From contig CACBAM010000001.1 in the NCBI GenBank assembly GCA_902537215.1, forward strand, positions 121,100-185,099: DNA of 64,000 nucleotides, in the 5' to 3' direction. Source of the stretch: an uncultured Alphaproteobacteria bacterium. GTDB taxonomy: Bacteria; Pseudomonadota; Alphaproteobacteria; Rhodobacterales; Rhodobacteraceae. A program made the translations under genes and the position numbers. Shown in pieces: positions 1 to 9,643 of the stretch (position 1 is the stretch's first letter; every line of letters begins with the position of its first letter). Under the pieces are notes generated by a model. That model did not search any database and had not been told where the DNA came from. It saw only the letters and a list, made by a program, of their open reading frames with translations.

Positions 1-15
1 TTGGGAGATATTTAG

Positions 16-357
16 ATGTTTGCAGTGATTTATCAATTTAAGTTTCCTGGTGTTAGTGAGGCAAAAGTAGCGGCTGGATTTTGTTCAGAGTCCTTGGGCG
101 GAAAAATAGCGGAATATGATTTTCTAGGACTTAATATACTAATAAGTAAAGATGGTGATTTAAATATTCACGTGAAATTTGAGGATGCTAAAGCCTTGAA
201 AAAGTTCGAAGATGATTCAGAAAAACTGCTAGGTGATTTGAGGAATAGCTTCGTTTTTAAGGAAAATAAGGTTTCTGGCGTTTTTGCCTTTACCTACGAA
301 AAAGAAGCAGTGGCTACAGATATTAAAATTGAAGGCGCCTCTGTTGTAAGGAATTAG
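16..357 (+). CDS. hypothetical small protein (113 aa)
   Basis: Intact ORF with ATG start. No motif I can recognise. Confidence 0.4.
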   Translation: MFAVIYQFKFPGVSEAKVAAGFCSESLGGKIAEYDFLGLNILISKDGDLNIHVKFEDAKALKKFEDDSEKLLGDLRNSFVFKENKVSGVFAFTYEKEAVATDIKIEGASVVRN

Positions 358-412
358 TAGCCAAAATTTTTATCTGTTCTGGTTTTTAGATTTAGATGAA
401 AATCCCGGCAAA

Positions 413-440
413 TTGAAAAAATTTGAAAACGTGGTATAAT
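413..440 (+). promoter_or_regulatory. candidate sigma70-type promoter
   Basis: TTGAAA (413-418), 16-nt spacer, then TGgTATAAT (extended -10; TATAAT at 435-440). It lies ~85 nt upstream of the 523 ORF. Confidence 0.35.
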
Positions 441-522
441 TATTACTTTTAATCAGTATACCAATTTTTTTTATTATGTTCTAAGCAATTGAGAGAAGTA
501 ACTGAGATTAATAGCACAAATA

Positions 523-903
523 ATGATCTTTCTACTTGGAGTTTGGGCTCTCTTTGCAGGTACAGTTGCTCTGTTGGGCTACTCTTTTTCTTTCCCTTTT
601 GAATTTAATCAATCAATAGAAGAAATTCCCTTTCATCGATGGCAAATCGTAAGGGTGAGTGTTTTTCTTACCTTTGGTTATCTCGCTATACGACACTTTT
701 TGTTTGGTAAGGAAAGAATGTTCCCGATCCAATTTCTTGATATATATTTAAAGTCCATAGGAGGCTCGGGCCTTATTATTTATTATCAGCAAGGAATAAC
801 TGATTATCGTGAGTATGCGACGCTCGGTTTCTTTCTATTAGCAGCGCTACTCTCTCATTTTTCAGCAAGACCAGAATATAAAAAGATTTTTTTCAAAAGA
901 TAA
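523..903 (+). CDS. hypothetical integral membrane protein (126 aa)
   Basis: Several hydrophobic helices. No family recognised. Confidence 0.45.
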   Translation: MIFLLGVWALFAGTVALLGYSFSFPFEFNQSIEEIPFHRWQIVRVSVFLTFGYLAIRHFLFGKERMFPIQFLDIYLKSIGGSGLIIYYQQGITDYREYATLGFFLLAALLSHFSARPEYKKIFFKR

Positions 904-1060
904 AAATCCCATTGAAGATTGTTTGAAAAATAATACTATTGGATTCTAAACGATTACCTAGAAATGTTATTTGCGGGAAGAATGGATCTAACAAAAGGAG
1001 CTCTAACGCTTCAGGTTGTTCGTTTCTATAAGTTCAAAAGGAAAAAACGAAGGGTTAAAA

Positions 1061-2824
1061 ATGGCTAGTGTAAACAGAAGATTAACATCTATTTTGGCAA
1101 CTGATTGTGTGGGATTTAGCAGTCTAATGGAAAAAGATGAAGAGAAAACACTAGATAATTTAAAGGCCTGTCGTTCTATTATAGATCCCTATATTGAAGA
1201 ATTTGGTGGAAAAATTTTCTATACCGCCGGAGACTCTGTTATTGCTGAATTTGCGAGTCCCGTTTCCTGTGTCAACGCTGCGATAAACTTTCAGAAAGCT
1301 ATTGATGAAAGAAATAAAGTCACCGAAGAAAGCTCAATCATGACATGGCGAGTGGGAGTGCATATGGATGATGTGATTGTTGAAAAGGATAACATTTATG
1401 GTAGTGGTGTTAACATAGCTGCACGGTTGGAGGCTGCTTGCACTCCTGGCCAAATACTAATTTCATCAACAGTGAAGGATCAAGTTGATAACAAAATAGA
1501 ATTCAAAGTTGAAGATGCGGGTACTAAGGCATTAAAGAATATTTCCGATAGTTATCAGACGTTTGGCATTTCTCCAACAGGTGGGAAAGTAGAGAAGACT
1601 GATGGTAGGAGCTACGCAAAAAAGGAGTCTGAGAAAAATTATAAGCCAAAGCTAGCTGTCATGCCGTTCTCGAATGCTAGTAATGACGAAGATAGTGGGT
1701 ATTTAGTAGATGGAATCGTAGAGGACTTAATAACTGAATTTTCAATGATAAGAGAATTAGAGCTAGTCTCTCGACAATCATGTTTCGATTTTAGAGACAA
1801 CGAGATGGATCTGAAAGCATTCTGTGAAAAGTTTGGCGTTGATTATGTTGTTGTTGGTAGCATTCGTTCATCTGGTAAAAGGGTGAGAATCTCAGTCGAA
1901 TTGTCTGATGCAAAAGATGATAGCCAGATATGGAGCCAAAAGTTTGATAAAATCATCGAAGATATCTTTGATGTACAAGATGAAATAGTTAGACAAATTT
2001 CTGGAAAACTTCTGGGAGAGATTGAATTATCGAGCTTAGAAAGAGCTCAAAGAAAACCCACTGAAAATTTGTCTTCTTACGAATTACTTTTGAAGGGCAA
2101 AGTTTTACACCACAAAATACAAAAGGATGCGTTACAAAACGCCTTAACCACCTTCGATGAAGCTATAAAAGCTGACGAAACTAACGGCCAAGCGTATGCT
2201 TGGAAAGCCTGTGCTCTTGGCCAGGGTTTGAGTAGAGGCTTTATTGAGGGTGATATGGCTGAAATATGGAGTGAAGCGGAAGGATGCCTTAAAAAGGCAC
2301 ATGAACTTAATGACAATGATTTTGAGGTTCATCGATTGATGGCCGAGGTTAATTTATCGGGTAGAAATTTTAGAGTAGCAGAAAGACATGCCTCCAAGGC
2401 TTACAAAATGGTTCCCAATGACCCAAGAGTTTTATCAGTTTATGGCGAAGTATCACTGCGATTAGGAAAAATCGATCAAGGCTTAGATGCGCTGAAGCTA
2501 GCATTAGAGATCGACCCAATTGCTCAAGGAAAAACAAACTCTGACTCGAGAACAGCTCCAGTAATATTTGGAGAGTTTTTGGCTAGAAATAAAGATAAAT
2601 GTCTCGAGTTAGTAGAAAAATTAGAAGATATAGACTCTAAATCATGGCTTTTAACTGCAAAGCTCTGTAGTGATGAGGAACATGATATAACAGAAGAAGA
2701 TTGGTATAAACGCGGAAAGGAAGAGTTTAATGATAAAGATTGGGCAGCTGAAGTTGATAGCTTTCGGCTTAATAATGAAGGAGCAAAAGAGTCGCTAATC
2801 GAGTTTGCTGAAAGTCTTTTTTAA
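1061..2824 (+). CDS. class III adenylate/guanylate cyclase with C-terminal TolB-N-like and TPR-like region
   Basis: N-terminal cyclase motifs are present (ILATDCVGFSSLM, FYTAGDSVIAEF, WRVGVHMDDV, GSGVNIAARLE). The long helical-repeat C-terminus matches an architecture common in alphaproteobacteria. ATG at 1061 is preferred over TTG at 1016. Confidence 0.8.
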   Translation: MASVNRRLTSILATDCVGFSSLMEKDEEKTLDNLKACRSIIDPYIEEFGGKIFYTAGDSVIAEFASPVSCVNAAINFQKAIDERNKVTEESSIMTWRVGVHMDDVIVEKDNIYGSGVNIAARLEAACTPGQILISSTVKDQVDNKIEFKVEDAGTKALKNISDSYQTFGISPTGGKVEKTDGRSYAKKESEKNYKPKLAVMPFSNASNDEDSGYLVDGIVEDLITEFSMIRELELVSRQSCFDFRDNEMDLKAFCEKFGVDYVVVGSIRSSGKRVRISVELSDAKDDSQIWSQKFDKIIEDIFDVQDEIVRQISGKLLGEIELSSLERAQRKPTENLSSYELLLKGKVLHHKIQKDALQNALTTFDEAIKADETNGQAYAWKACALGQGLSRGFIEGDMAEIWSEAEGCLKKAHELNDNDFEVHRLMAEVNLSGRNFRVAERHASKAYKMVPNDPRVLSVYGEVSLRLGKIDQGLDALKLALEIDPIAQGKTNSDSRTAPVIFGEFLARNKDKCLELVEKLEDIDSKSWLLTAKLCSDEEHDITEEDWYKRGKEEFNDKDWAAEVDSFRLNNEGAKESLIEFAESLF

Positions 2825-2853
2825 AGGCTTAAATAAACAAGTCTAAAAAAATT

Positions 2854-3801
2854 TTAACGAGTTAGTATATGTTCCGCTAACTTGATTCCACTCGAGGCGG
2901 CATCTATAATTGTTCCACCTAAACACCAGTCGCCGCAAATGCCGACATTTTCTTCGTTATAAAATAGAAAAGATTTTCCCAAAGATCGTTTGGTGAATCC
3001 ATAAAGCCAACGGTGGCCAGCTTCGTAAGTTGGTTTAGGTAAGGAAAAGGGGACGGCATCTACTATCTCTTTGAGCAACAGCTCTTTAATTGTATCTTTG
3101 TCGTTTTTAACAACTTTCTGGGCAAAAGGTTCTTTAGTGTGAACGGTTAAGCAGAATAACTGCTGCTCACATTTGAATCGATTATTTTCTACATGAATAA
3201 GAACTTTTTCGTTCGAGAAGTGTTTTTCTTTTACAGGTTCTGGATCTATGTCAAAGGAAAAGAGAGCTGCTGCAGAGCTCCTCATTTGGACTTTCTCTAT
3301 TAGACTGTCAAACTTATTAATTTGTTTATTAATTAGAGTTTTAGCTTGATTTGGAGGTATTGAAAGGACCAAGTGATCATAAGGCATTTTTTCATGAACT
3401 CCACCTCTACATTTCACAACAATTGTCTTATTGTGTAAATTTAACGAGATAGCCTCACAGCTCTTCCGTGTATTTAAATTTATCCCGCAATAATTTACAA
3501 GGTCGGCAACTGAATTAATGGGCTCAAATAGATTTCCTTTACGCTGGATTATTTTTTCTTTCTCTGCTCTTTTGAATATTTCTAACCCAAATTCTGGCAA
3601 CTCTTTATGACTGTAAAAGTCAGGTAAGGAACTTGCACCATGATGGAATACAGCTCCATCTGTTCGTCGTGTACTTAGCCTTCCACCTGTGTTCCGGCCT
3701 TTATCAAGTATAAGAACTGAATGACCAGCTTCGGCTAATCTTTTGCCACATAATAATCCAGAGATTCCAGCACCAATTACTACAATTTTCTTCTCATTCA
3801 T
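2854..3801 (-). CDS. renalase-like NAD(P)/FAD-dependent oxidoreductase
   Basis: N-terminal Rossmann motif VVIGAGISGLLCGKRLAEAGHSVLILDKGRNTGGR and C-terminal GDWCLGG motif, as in bacterial renalase-like proteins. Confidence 0.65.
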   Translation of the reverse strand: MNEKKIVVIGAGISGLLCGKRLAEAGHSVLILDKGRNTGGRLSTRRTDGAVFHHGASSLPDFYSHKELPEFGLEIFKRAEKEKIIQRKGNLFEPINSVADLVNYCGINLNTRKSCEAISLNLHNKTIVVKCRGGVHEKMPYDHLVLSIPPNQAKTLINKQINKFDSLIEKVQMRSSAAALFSFDIDPEPVKEKHFSNEKVLIHVENNRFKCEQQLFCLTVHTKEPFAQKVVKNDKDTIKELLLKEIVDAVPFSLPKPTYEAGHRWLYGFTKRSLGKSFLFYNEENVGICGDWCLGGTIIDAASSGIKLAEHILTR

Positions 3802-3814
3802 AAATAAATCATAA

Positions 3815-4081
3815 TTAAGTTTGTGGTTTTTTTTTGTTATATTTATCCAAAATGAGAGAGAAATTATTCAATTTTGATAAATAGGCAACAAGGGGGCCAC
3901 CTTTTTTTTCAGAGCACTCTTTATGCATAAAAAAACAATTTATACATAGGGTTAATGTTCTTTTTTTTCCAATATCTATTCTGGTTATTGGAATTGTTTC
4001 ATCATAATCAGGATGAGGATTTTCTGTAGCCTTACAAAAATCACATTTTGCTTCAGGTTGGTTATAAATAAAGTTTTGCAT
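3815..4081 (-). CDS. small Cys-rich (zinc-ribbon-like) hypothetical protein
   Basis: CDFC ... CINC ... C pattern. ATG at 4081 is preferred (MQNFIY). Tandem with a similar upstream gene. Confidence 0.4.
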   Translation of the reverse strand: MQNFIYNQPEAKCDFCKATENPHPDYDETIPITRIDIGKKRTLTLCINCFFMHKECSEKKGGPLVAYLSKLNNFSLILDKYNKKKPQT

Positions 4082-4083
4082 TT

Positions 4084-4329
4084 TTAGCTCTTCTCTAAGC
4101 ATCTGAAGTCAGCCGGAGGTCTATTTCCTCCAAAATCAATATGACAGATATTTTTCTCATGACGTTGGCACCAAACTTGAATGCCAATTCGAGTAAACCC
4201 GACATCTACCTTAACATAATCTCTAAGAGCTATGTCTGGGTTATCTAAATCTTTATACTCTTTGAAACAGGTTTCGCAGACAATCGGTTCTCTGACATTA
4301 TACAATAGTTTTTCATGATTATTGGTCAA
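4084..4329 (-). CDS. small Cys-rich (zinc-ribbon-like) hypothetical protein
   Basis: CETC ... CQRH ... CH pattern, 81 aa. Its stop lies 2 nt before the next gene's start. Confidence 0.4.
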   Translation of the reverse strand: MTNNHEKLLYNVREPIVCETCFKEYKDLDNPDIALRDYVKVDVGFTRIGIQVWCQRHEKNICHIDFGGNRPPADFRCLEKS

Positions 4330-4423
4330 AACATCTCCTTACGTATTTAAATAGATTTTAATAAGAATTTTCAAATCAATACATAATCTTAGTTTTAAAA
4401 ACTTAAAAATTAGTATTGGGAAA

Positions 4424-6037
4424 TTATAATCCTTTGTGTGCCCTCTCTCTAAGAGGAGCCTTGGTAATTTTACCATTAACATTCCGTGGAAGAGGTTTGT
4501 TGGTAATTGTAATTTTATCGGGAACCTTGTAATCGGCGACTTTTTCCAACAGTTGGAGCCGGATTTCATTAGGCTCGAGCGAGGCTGAAGAAGTAAAAAT
4601 GAAAGCATGTGATCTTTCGCCAAGTATAGGGCAAGGGTAGGGAACCAAAGCGGCCTCTTGGACTTCATCCATTAACATCATTAGGTTTTCTATTTCGGCA
4701 CTAAAAATTTTATATCCTCCACGATTTATCATATCTTTCTTTCTATCATGAATACGTATAAAGCCGTTTTTATCTTGACTGGCGATATCACCAGACTTCC
4801 AGTAACCATCTTCGAAAGAGCTTTTGGTAGCCTTTTCGTTTTTCCAATATCCTGGTATAACCATAGGACCTTTAATCCAAAGTTCGCCAGTCTCACCTTG
4901 ATTAATTTCTTCGTTATTTTCGTTAACAATCTTAATTTCACCACAAGCTACGACAAGACCTACGCTATCACCTTGGTCATTGCAATTAATTGGAATGATA
5001 GTTGTAGGGGATGTGGTTTCAGTTGCCCCATAAGCATTATTTAAACTTAAAAACGGTAACTTTGAAGCTAATTCCTTCCTAACAGCATCAGGCATTGGAG
5101 CGCCTCCAAACGCACCTATTCGCCATGATTTTAAATCCTCAGCAATTAACGCATTACGATGAAGCAGCAATGCATACATTGCTGGAACGAGTATCGAATA
5201 TGTTAATCCATGCTTTTTTGCAAGAATTGCAAACTCTTTTACTTCAAAATGCTCCATTATGACAATTTTCCCCGCACACCCTATTATAGTCAGGATTTGG
5301 GCTACTAGTCCGGTAACATGGCTTGCAGGTACAGCAAGAATAGTGCATTCACCATCTTTAAGTGCCAGCTCCATTTGGAAATGAAGAAAAGAATGAACAA
5401 GCCCAAGATGGGTCAGTATAGCGCCCTTTGGACGGCCGGTAGTACCTGAGGTATATAATAGTATAGCTGGTTCTTCTTCTTCGATTTTTTTTAAAGTGAT
5501 TTTTTCCTCAACGCCTTTTTCAAGTAATTCGTTAAATTTTAGACAATCAGTTTGAGGCTCAGCTTGCGTAGTTATGAAAAGAATTGAATTACTATCTTTG
5601 CTAAGTGGTTGTTCTTTTTCAGTTTCTTTATCAAAGATAACCGCATGCACCCCTGCATCATTATAAAGGGAAATTAGCTCCTGTTTTTTGTGTCTATGGC
5701 CAACAGGCATAGCAATTAGACCAATTTTAAAAGAAGCAAAAAGCGCTACTACAAATTCAATGCTATTAGCGAGATTGATAACAAGGATATTTTTCTCTAT
5801 TAGCCCAGATTTCAACAACCCTCCAGCAAAGCTATCGGACAGCTCATCTAGTTTTTTATAGGAAATATATTGTTCTTGAAAACATAGAGCGACCCTATCT
5901 GGATGCTTTTTAACTATATCTTTTAAAATTTCGAGAAAGTCGTTCGGCCTATTCTCAAAACATAATAGGTCTCGGCTATCATAATGAGGTTCAATATTTT
6001 TTTTAAAATCCATTACATTATTTTTTGTCATTAGCAC
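4424..6037 (-). CDS. AMP-dependent synthetase/ligase (acyl-CoA synthetase family)
   Basis: AMP-binding signature LLYTSGTTGRPKGAILTH, YGATE and a C-terminal GKI.K motif. 537 aa. Confidence 0.85.
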   Translation of the reverse strand: MLMTKNNVMDFKKNIEPHYDSRDLLCFENRPNDFLEILKDIVKKHPDRVALCFQEQYISYKKLDELSDSFAGGLLKSGLIEKNILVINLANSIEFVVALFASFKIGLIAMPVGHRHKKQELISLYNDAGVHAVIFDKETEKEQPLSKDSNSILFITTQAEPQTDCLKFNELLEKGVEEKITLKKIEEEEPAILLYTSGTTGRPKGAILTHLGLVHSFLHFQMELALKDGECTILAVPASHVTGLVAQILTIIGCAGKIVIMEHFEVKEFAILAKKHGLTYSILVPAMYALLLHRNALIAEDLKSWRIGAFGGAPMPDAVRKELASKLPFLSLNNAYGATETTSPTTIIPINCNDQGDSVGLVVACGEIKIVNENNEEINQGETGELWIKGPMVIPGYWKNEKATKSSFEDGYWKSGDIASQDKNGFIRIHDRKKDMINRGGYKIFSAEIENLMMLMDEVQEAALVPYPCPILGERSHAFIFTSSASLEPNEIRLQLLEKVADYKVPDKITITNKPLPRNVNGKITKAPLRERAHKGL

Positions 6038-6110
6038 CTTCCAAAAACGGCTTTCTTTTATTAAACTTATTTTTAGATTATTTTAAAGCTTTAACTAAAA
6101 AGGTATGTAG

Positions 6111-7352
6111 TTGGACAAACAGCATAACATTAAATTAGACAAGGACCTTTCGCTTAGAAAAAGAGCAAAGAATTTTATTCCTGGTGGAATGTGGGGTCAT
6201 ATGAGTGTTAAAAAGCTACCCTATGGTTACCCACAGTTTTTTTCTAAAGCAAAGGACGCAAGAATTTGGGATTTAGATGGAAACTGTTATATCGACTTTA
6301 TGTGTGGTTATGGACCGAATCTCCTTGGTTACAATAATGCAGAAGTCGATCACGCAGTTAATGAGCAACGAAAAAAAATAGACCTAGGGAATGGCCCATC
6401 TGCGTTAGTAGTGGATTTGGCAGAAAAAATGACAACGCTTGTCGATAATGCAGATTGGGCTTTATTTGCAAAGAATGGTACTGATGCCACAACAACCTGT
6501 TTAACCATATCGAGAGCGGCAACTGGTAAAAAAAAGATATTGGTTGCAAGAGGGTCTTATCATGGATCTGCGCCATGGTGTACCCCCGTAGCAACCGGTG
6601 TTGTGGAAGAAGACACTTCCAACTTAATTTTCTTTGAATATAATGATAACGCGAGTCTTGAGGCTGCCGTTCAGGACGCCGGTAGTGACTTAGCAGGAAT
6701 AATATTGACTGCTTTCCGCCATGATGTTCGAAGAGACCAGGATTTACCAAAAAAGGCTTTTTTGAAGAAAGCACGAGAGATTTGTGATAATAAAAATGCT
6801 GTTCTTATTCTAGATGATGTAAGAGCGGGCTTCAGACTGAACAAAAGTGGGAGCTGGTTTGATTATGGTGTAAAGCCTGACTTAACTGCGTTTTCAAAAG
6901 CTATTGGAAATGGATACCCTCTTTCTGCAGTTGTAGGCGCTGATAAACTAAGACAAGCAGCAAGTGAAATTTATGTGACAGGCTCTTTCTGGTGTAATGC
7001 TACCTCTATGGCTGCGAGCTTAAAGACATTATCAATAATCGAGGAAATAGACGTGGTAGGCCATATTTCCTTCTTGGGTAATAAGCTCAGAGCTGGAGTA
7101 GACCAAATAGCAAATAATTTAGGAGTTGAGATATCTCAATCAGGTCCCCCTCAGATGCCCTTGATTTTGTTCAAAGACGATAAGGATTTCTCAAAAGGTA
7201 AAAAATTTGTCCAATATCTACTAGGAAGGGGAATTTATTTTCATCCTTGGCATAATATGTTTCTGTCTTTGGCTCATACTGGCAAGGATGTGGATATAAC
7301 ACTTGATGCGGTCGAATTTGCAATGAAAAAATTATCTCTTGAGTTCAAATAA
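6111..7352 (+). CDS. class III PLP-dependent aminotransferase (glutamate-1-semialdehyde aminomutase-like)
   Basis: GYGPNLLGY, NGTDATTTCLTISRA, ILDDVRAGFR and FSKAIGNGYPLSAVVG (PLP lysine). TTG start. Confidence 0.8.
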   Translation: MDKQHNIKLDKDLSLRKRAKNFIPGGMWGHMSVKKLPYGYPQFFSKAKDARIWDLDGNCYIDFMCGYGPNLLGYNNAEVDHAVNEQRKKIDLGNGPSALVVDLAEKMTTLVDNADWALFAKNGTDATTTCLTISRAATGKKKILVARGSYHGSAPWCTPVATGVVEEDTSNLIFFEYNDNASLEAAVQDAGSDLAGIILTAFRHDVRRDQDLPKKAFLKKAREICDNKNAVLILDDVRAGFRLNKSGSWFDYGVKPDLTAFSKAIGNGYPLSAVVGADKLRQAASEIYVTGSFWCNATSMAASLKTLSIIEEIDVVGHISFLGNKLRAGVDQIANNLGVEISQSGPPQMPLILFKDDKDFSKGKKFVQYLLGRGIYFHPWHNMFLSLAHTGKDVDITLDAVEFAMKKLSLEFK

Positions 7353-8577
7353 TAGCTTCTCAATCATGTTGTACACTAAATGCTTACATATGATTATGTG
7401 GGTTCCGATTTTTTTATTTCTAATTGCTACGCCCACGTGGATCTCTAGAGATTGGCATTTGATGATCATAAGTCAAGTTGGCATAACAATCATTTTCGCA
7501 ATAAGTTTTAACCAGCTTCTTGGACAAACGGGATTACTAAATTTAGGGCATTCAATCTTTATGGGGGTGGGAAGTTATTTTTCAGGTTTGATTTTATTAC
7601 AGATTAACGCCGGTGCATTATTTATCCCTCTACCAATTTTACCACTATTTGGAGGGCTCGCAGGCTTCCTTGTGGCAGGGATAACTGGATATTTCTCCGT
7701 AAAACGATCTGGAATGATTTTCGCTATGTTGACTTTAGCGATACTTGAATTTGTTAACTCATTTAGCACCTCATTCCCAAGCGTTTTAGGCGGGATCATA
7801 GTAGATCGGACTCTCAATACCGATTTTTTTAATTTTGATTATGGCGGCAACGACTCAGTATGCTTTATCGTAATGGCTTGGTTGTTCATAGCTGTATTTG
7901 TTTCTTACTGTTTTCTACAAACTCCACTTGGCAAAATGTGCAATGCAGTGAGAGAAAATGTATCTAGAGCAGAATATATAGGTTATTCGAGCTATATGGT
8001 TAGATATCTTTCTTTTTGCTATTCCGGATTTATAGCAGGAATTGCTGGAACATTATTTGTAATCAACTATGAGTTATTCTCACCGGAGGTATTCAGCCTT
8101 CGAGAGGCCTTCAACATTTTATCAGCAACTTTCATTGGGGGTATTGGCTTCTTTTTTGGGCCAATTATTGGTGCTTCTATTTTTTCATTATGTAGTATCT
8201 TATTAAGTAAAAGTACAGAAATTTGGCCCTTATATCAGGGGGTTATACTAATGATTTTTGTTCTTTACTTTCCCAGAGGTTTGGCTGGCTTTTTTATTGA
8301 TCAAAGAGACTTTGTTAAATCGAGAAGTAAGCTAGAAGTTATATACTATTATCTTAAAATTATAGTGCCTGTGATGGTTACGGTATTATCAGTTACATGG
8401 TTAGTTGAGTGCTTTAATACGATTTTGCATCACCAAGAAAAAACTGATTTTATATTCCTTTGGATTTTATTTTCAATTTCAAATCCATTGAATTGGTTTA
8501 TAGCAATCTCAATAGCAGTTCTCGGTATCTGCTTACTAGCGACTAACTTGAATAAAAGAAAAATTGATGCTGTATAG
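7339..8577 (+). CDS. branched-chain amino acid ABC transporter permease-like protein (LivM family)
   Basis: LLGQTGLLNLGHSIFMGVGSYFSG motif and ~10 predicted TM segments. Overlaps the aminotransferase stop by 14 nt. No partner ABC genes are adjacent. Confidence 0.6.
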   Translation: MSSNNSFSIMLYTKCLHMIMWVPIFLFLIATPTWISRDWHLMIISQVGITIIFAISFNQLLGQTGLLNLGHSIFMGVGSYFSGLILLQINAGALFIPLPILPLFGGLAGFLVAGITGYFSVKRSGMIFAMLTLAILEFVNSFSTSFPSVLGGIIVDRTLNTDFFNFDYGGNDSVCFIVMAWLFIAVFVSYCFLQTPLGKMCNAVRENVSRAEYIGYSSYMVRYLSFCYSGFIAGIAGTLFVINYELFSPEVFSLREAFNILSATFIGGIGFFFGPIIGASIFSLCSILLSKSTEIWPLYQGVILMIFVLYFPRGLAGFFIDQRDFVKSRSKLEVIYYYLKIIVPVMVTVLSVTWLVECFNTILHHQEKTDFIFLWILFSISNPLNWFIAISIAVLGICLLATNLNKRKIDAV

Positions 8578-8601
8578 CTTACCTAGAATACTGGAATGGC
8601 T

Positions 8602-9594
8602 TTAAAAAGGCCTGCTTTTTATCCATTCAACAGTTTCATGCATAATAGTGGGGAAATCCCTTATCTTAATTCCAAGACTATCTCTTCGTTTAAAATCAAA
8701 TTGTGTTGGTGCTACAGGATCTTCTGACATCGGTTCAGGCATTTGCATGTCCGGTATTAACTTCTGACATTCCCTATAAATGTCATTCCAATGGAAACTT
8801 TCCAAGACCCCAAAGTATCGACCGGAGGCTGAAGGGTTTTCATATGCTGCCAAAAATAGCTTCGCTAAGTCTTGGAGGTGTATTAACGAAGCTGAGTCAT
8901 TCGGCACTTTTTGATGTCTAGGATTTCCACCTTCTAAGACGCGTTTAATCCATAAAAATGGATTATGTTTTAAATGCTCGGGTAATATAGCGGGCCCGTA
9001 CAATCCAGTAGGTAGAAATATGGAAAGCCGCAAATTATTTTCATTACAAAATTTGAATGCGGCTCTCTCCATATATGTTTTAGCGGCTGATGTATACTTT
9101 TTTGAATTGCATTGCTCTTTCTCATCAGACCAATGATCCAGCTCGTTTTTTACTGGAACTGGAGGCATTGGGTTTGTACTAGAAGTAGAGGAACAAATTA
9201 AGATATTCTTAACGTTATTAACTTTTGCTATCTTAAGAATATTGAGGCACCCATCCACTGTGGGCTTGATGATTTCATTATAGCCTCTTTCATCATCAAG
9301 CTCTTTTGCAGGTGTCCCGTCAAAGCCTTTATATGTGGGTATAAGACAACAGATGATAGCTGCATCGGAATTAATGAGAGGATTATCTAATGAGGAAATA
9401 TCCGCCATATCTGCCGAAAAAAACTTTGCATTATTTCCAGAAGGAAGGCTTTTTAATCTGGAAATTCTATCTTGATTCTCGATATCTCTAAGTGTGCCAT
9501 TGACATGATACCCTCTATCTAGTGCCTCTCTTAAAATACTTGAACCAACCAAACCGCTAGCTCCAAAAATAGTTAATAACTTGTTCTCCATCAA
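8602..9594 (-). CDS. NAD-dependent epimerase/dehydratase family (extended SDR) oxidoreductase
   Basis: N-terminal IFGASGLVGSSILREALDRGYHV Rossmann motif. 330 aa. Confidence 0.7.
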   Translation of the reverse strand: MMENKLLTIFGASGLVGSSILREALDRGYHVNGTLRDIENQDRISRLKSLPSGNNAKFFSADMADISSLDNPLINSDAAIICCLIPTYKGFDGTPAKELDDERGYNEIIKPTVDGCLNILKIAKVNNVKNILICSSTSSTNPMPPVPVKNELDHWSDEKEQCNSKKYTSAAKTYMERAAFKFCNENNLRLSIFLPTGLYGPAILPEHLKHNPFLWIKRVLEGGNPRHQKVPNDSASLIHLQDLAKLFLAAYENPSASGRYFGVLESFHWNDIYRECQKLIPDMQMPEPMSEDPVAPTQFDFKRRDSLGIKIRDFPTIMHETVEWIKSRPF

Positions 9595-9643
9595 TTCACC
9601 TCTTAAAATTAAATTTTGGTGTTCCTTAGTTTCTTAAATCAGT

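Noticed and set aside
4339-4668. 109-aa ORF overlapping the 3' end of the acyl-CoA ligase gene in another frame
   Set aside because: It overlaps a well-supported CDS on the same strand. It has no motif and an implausible composition.
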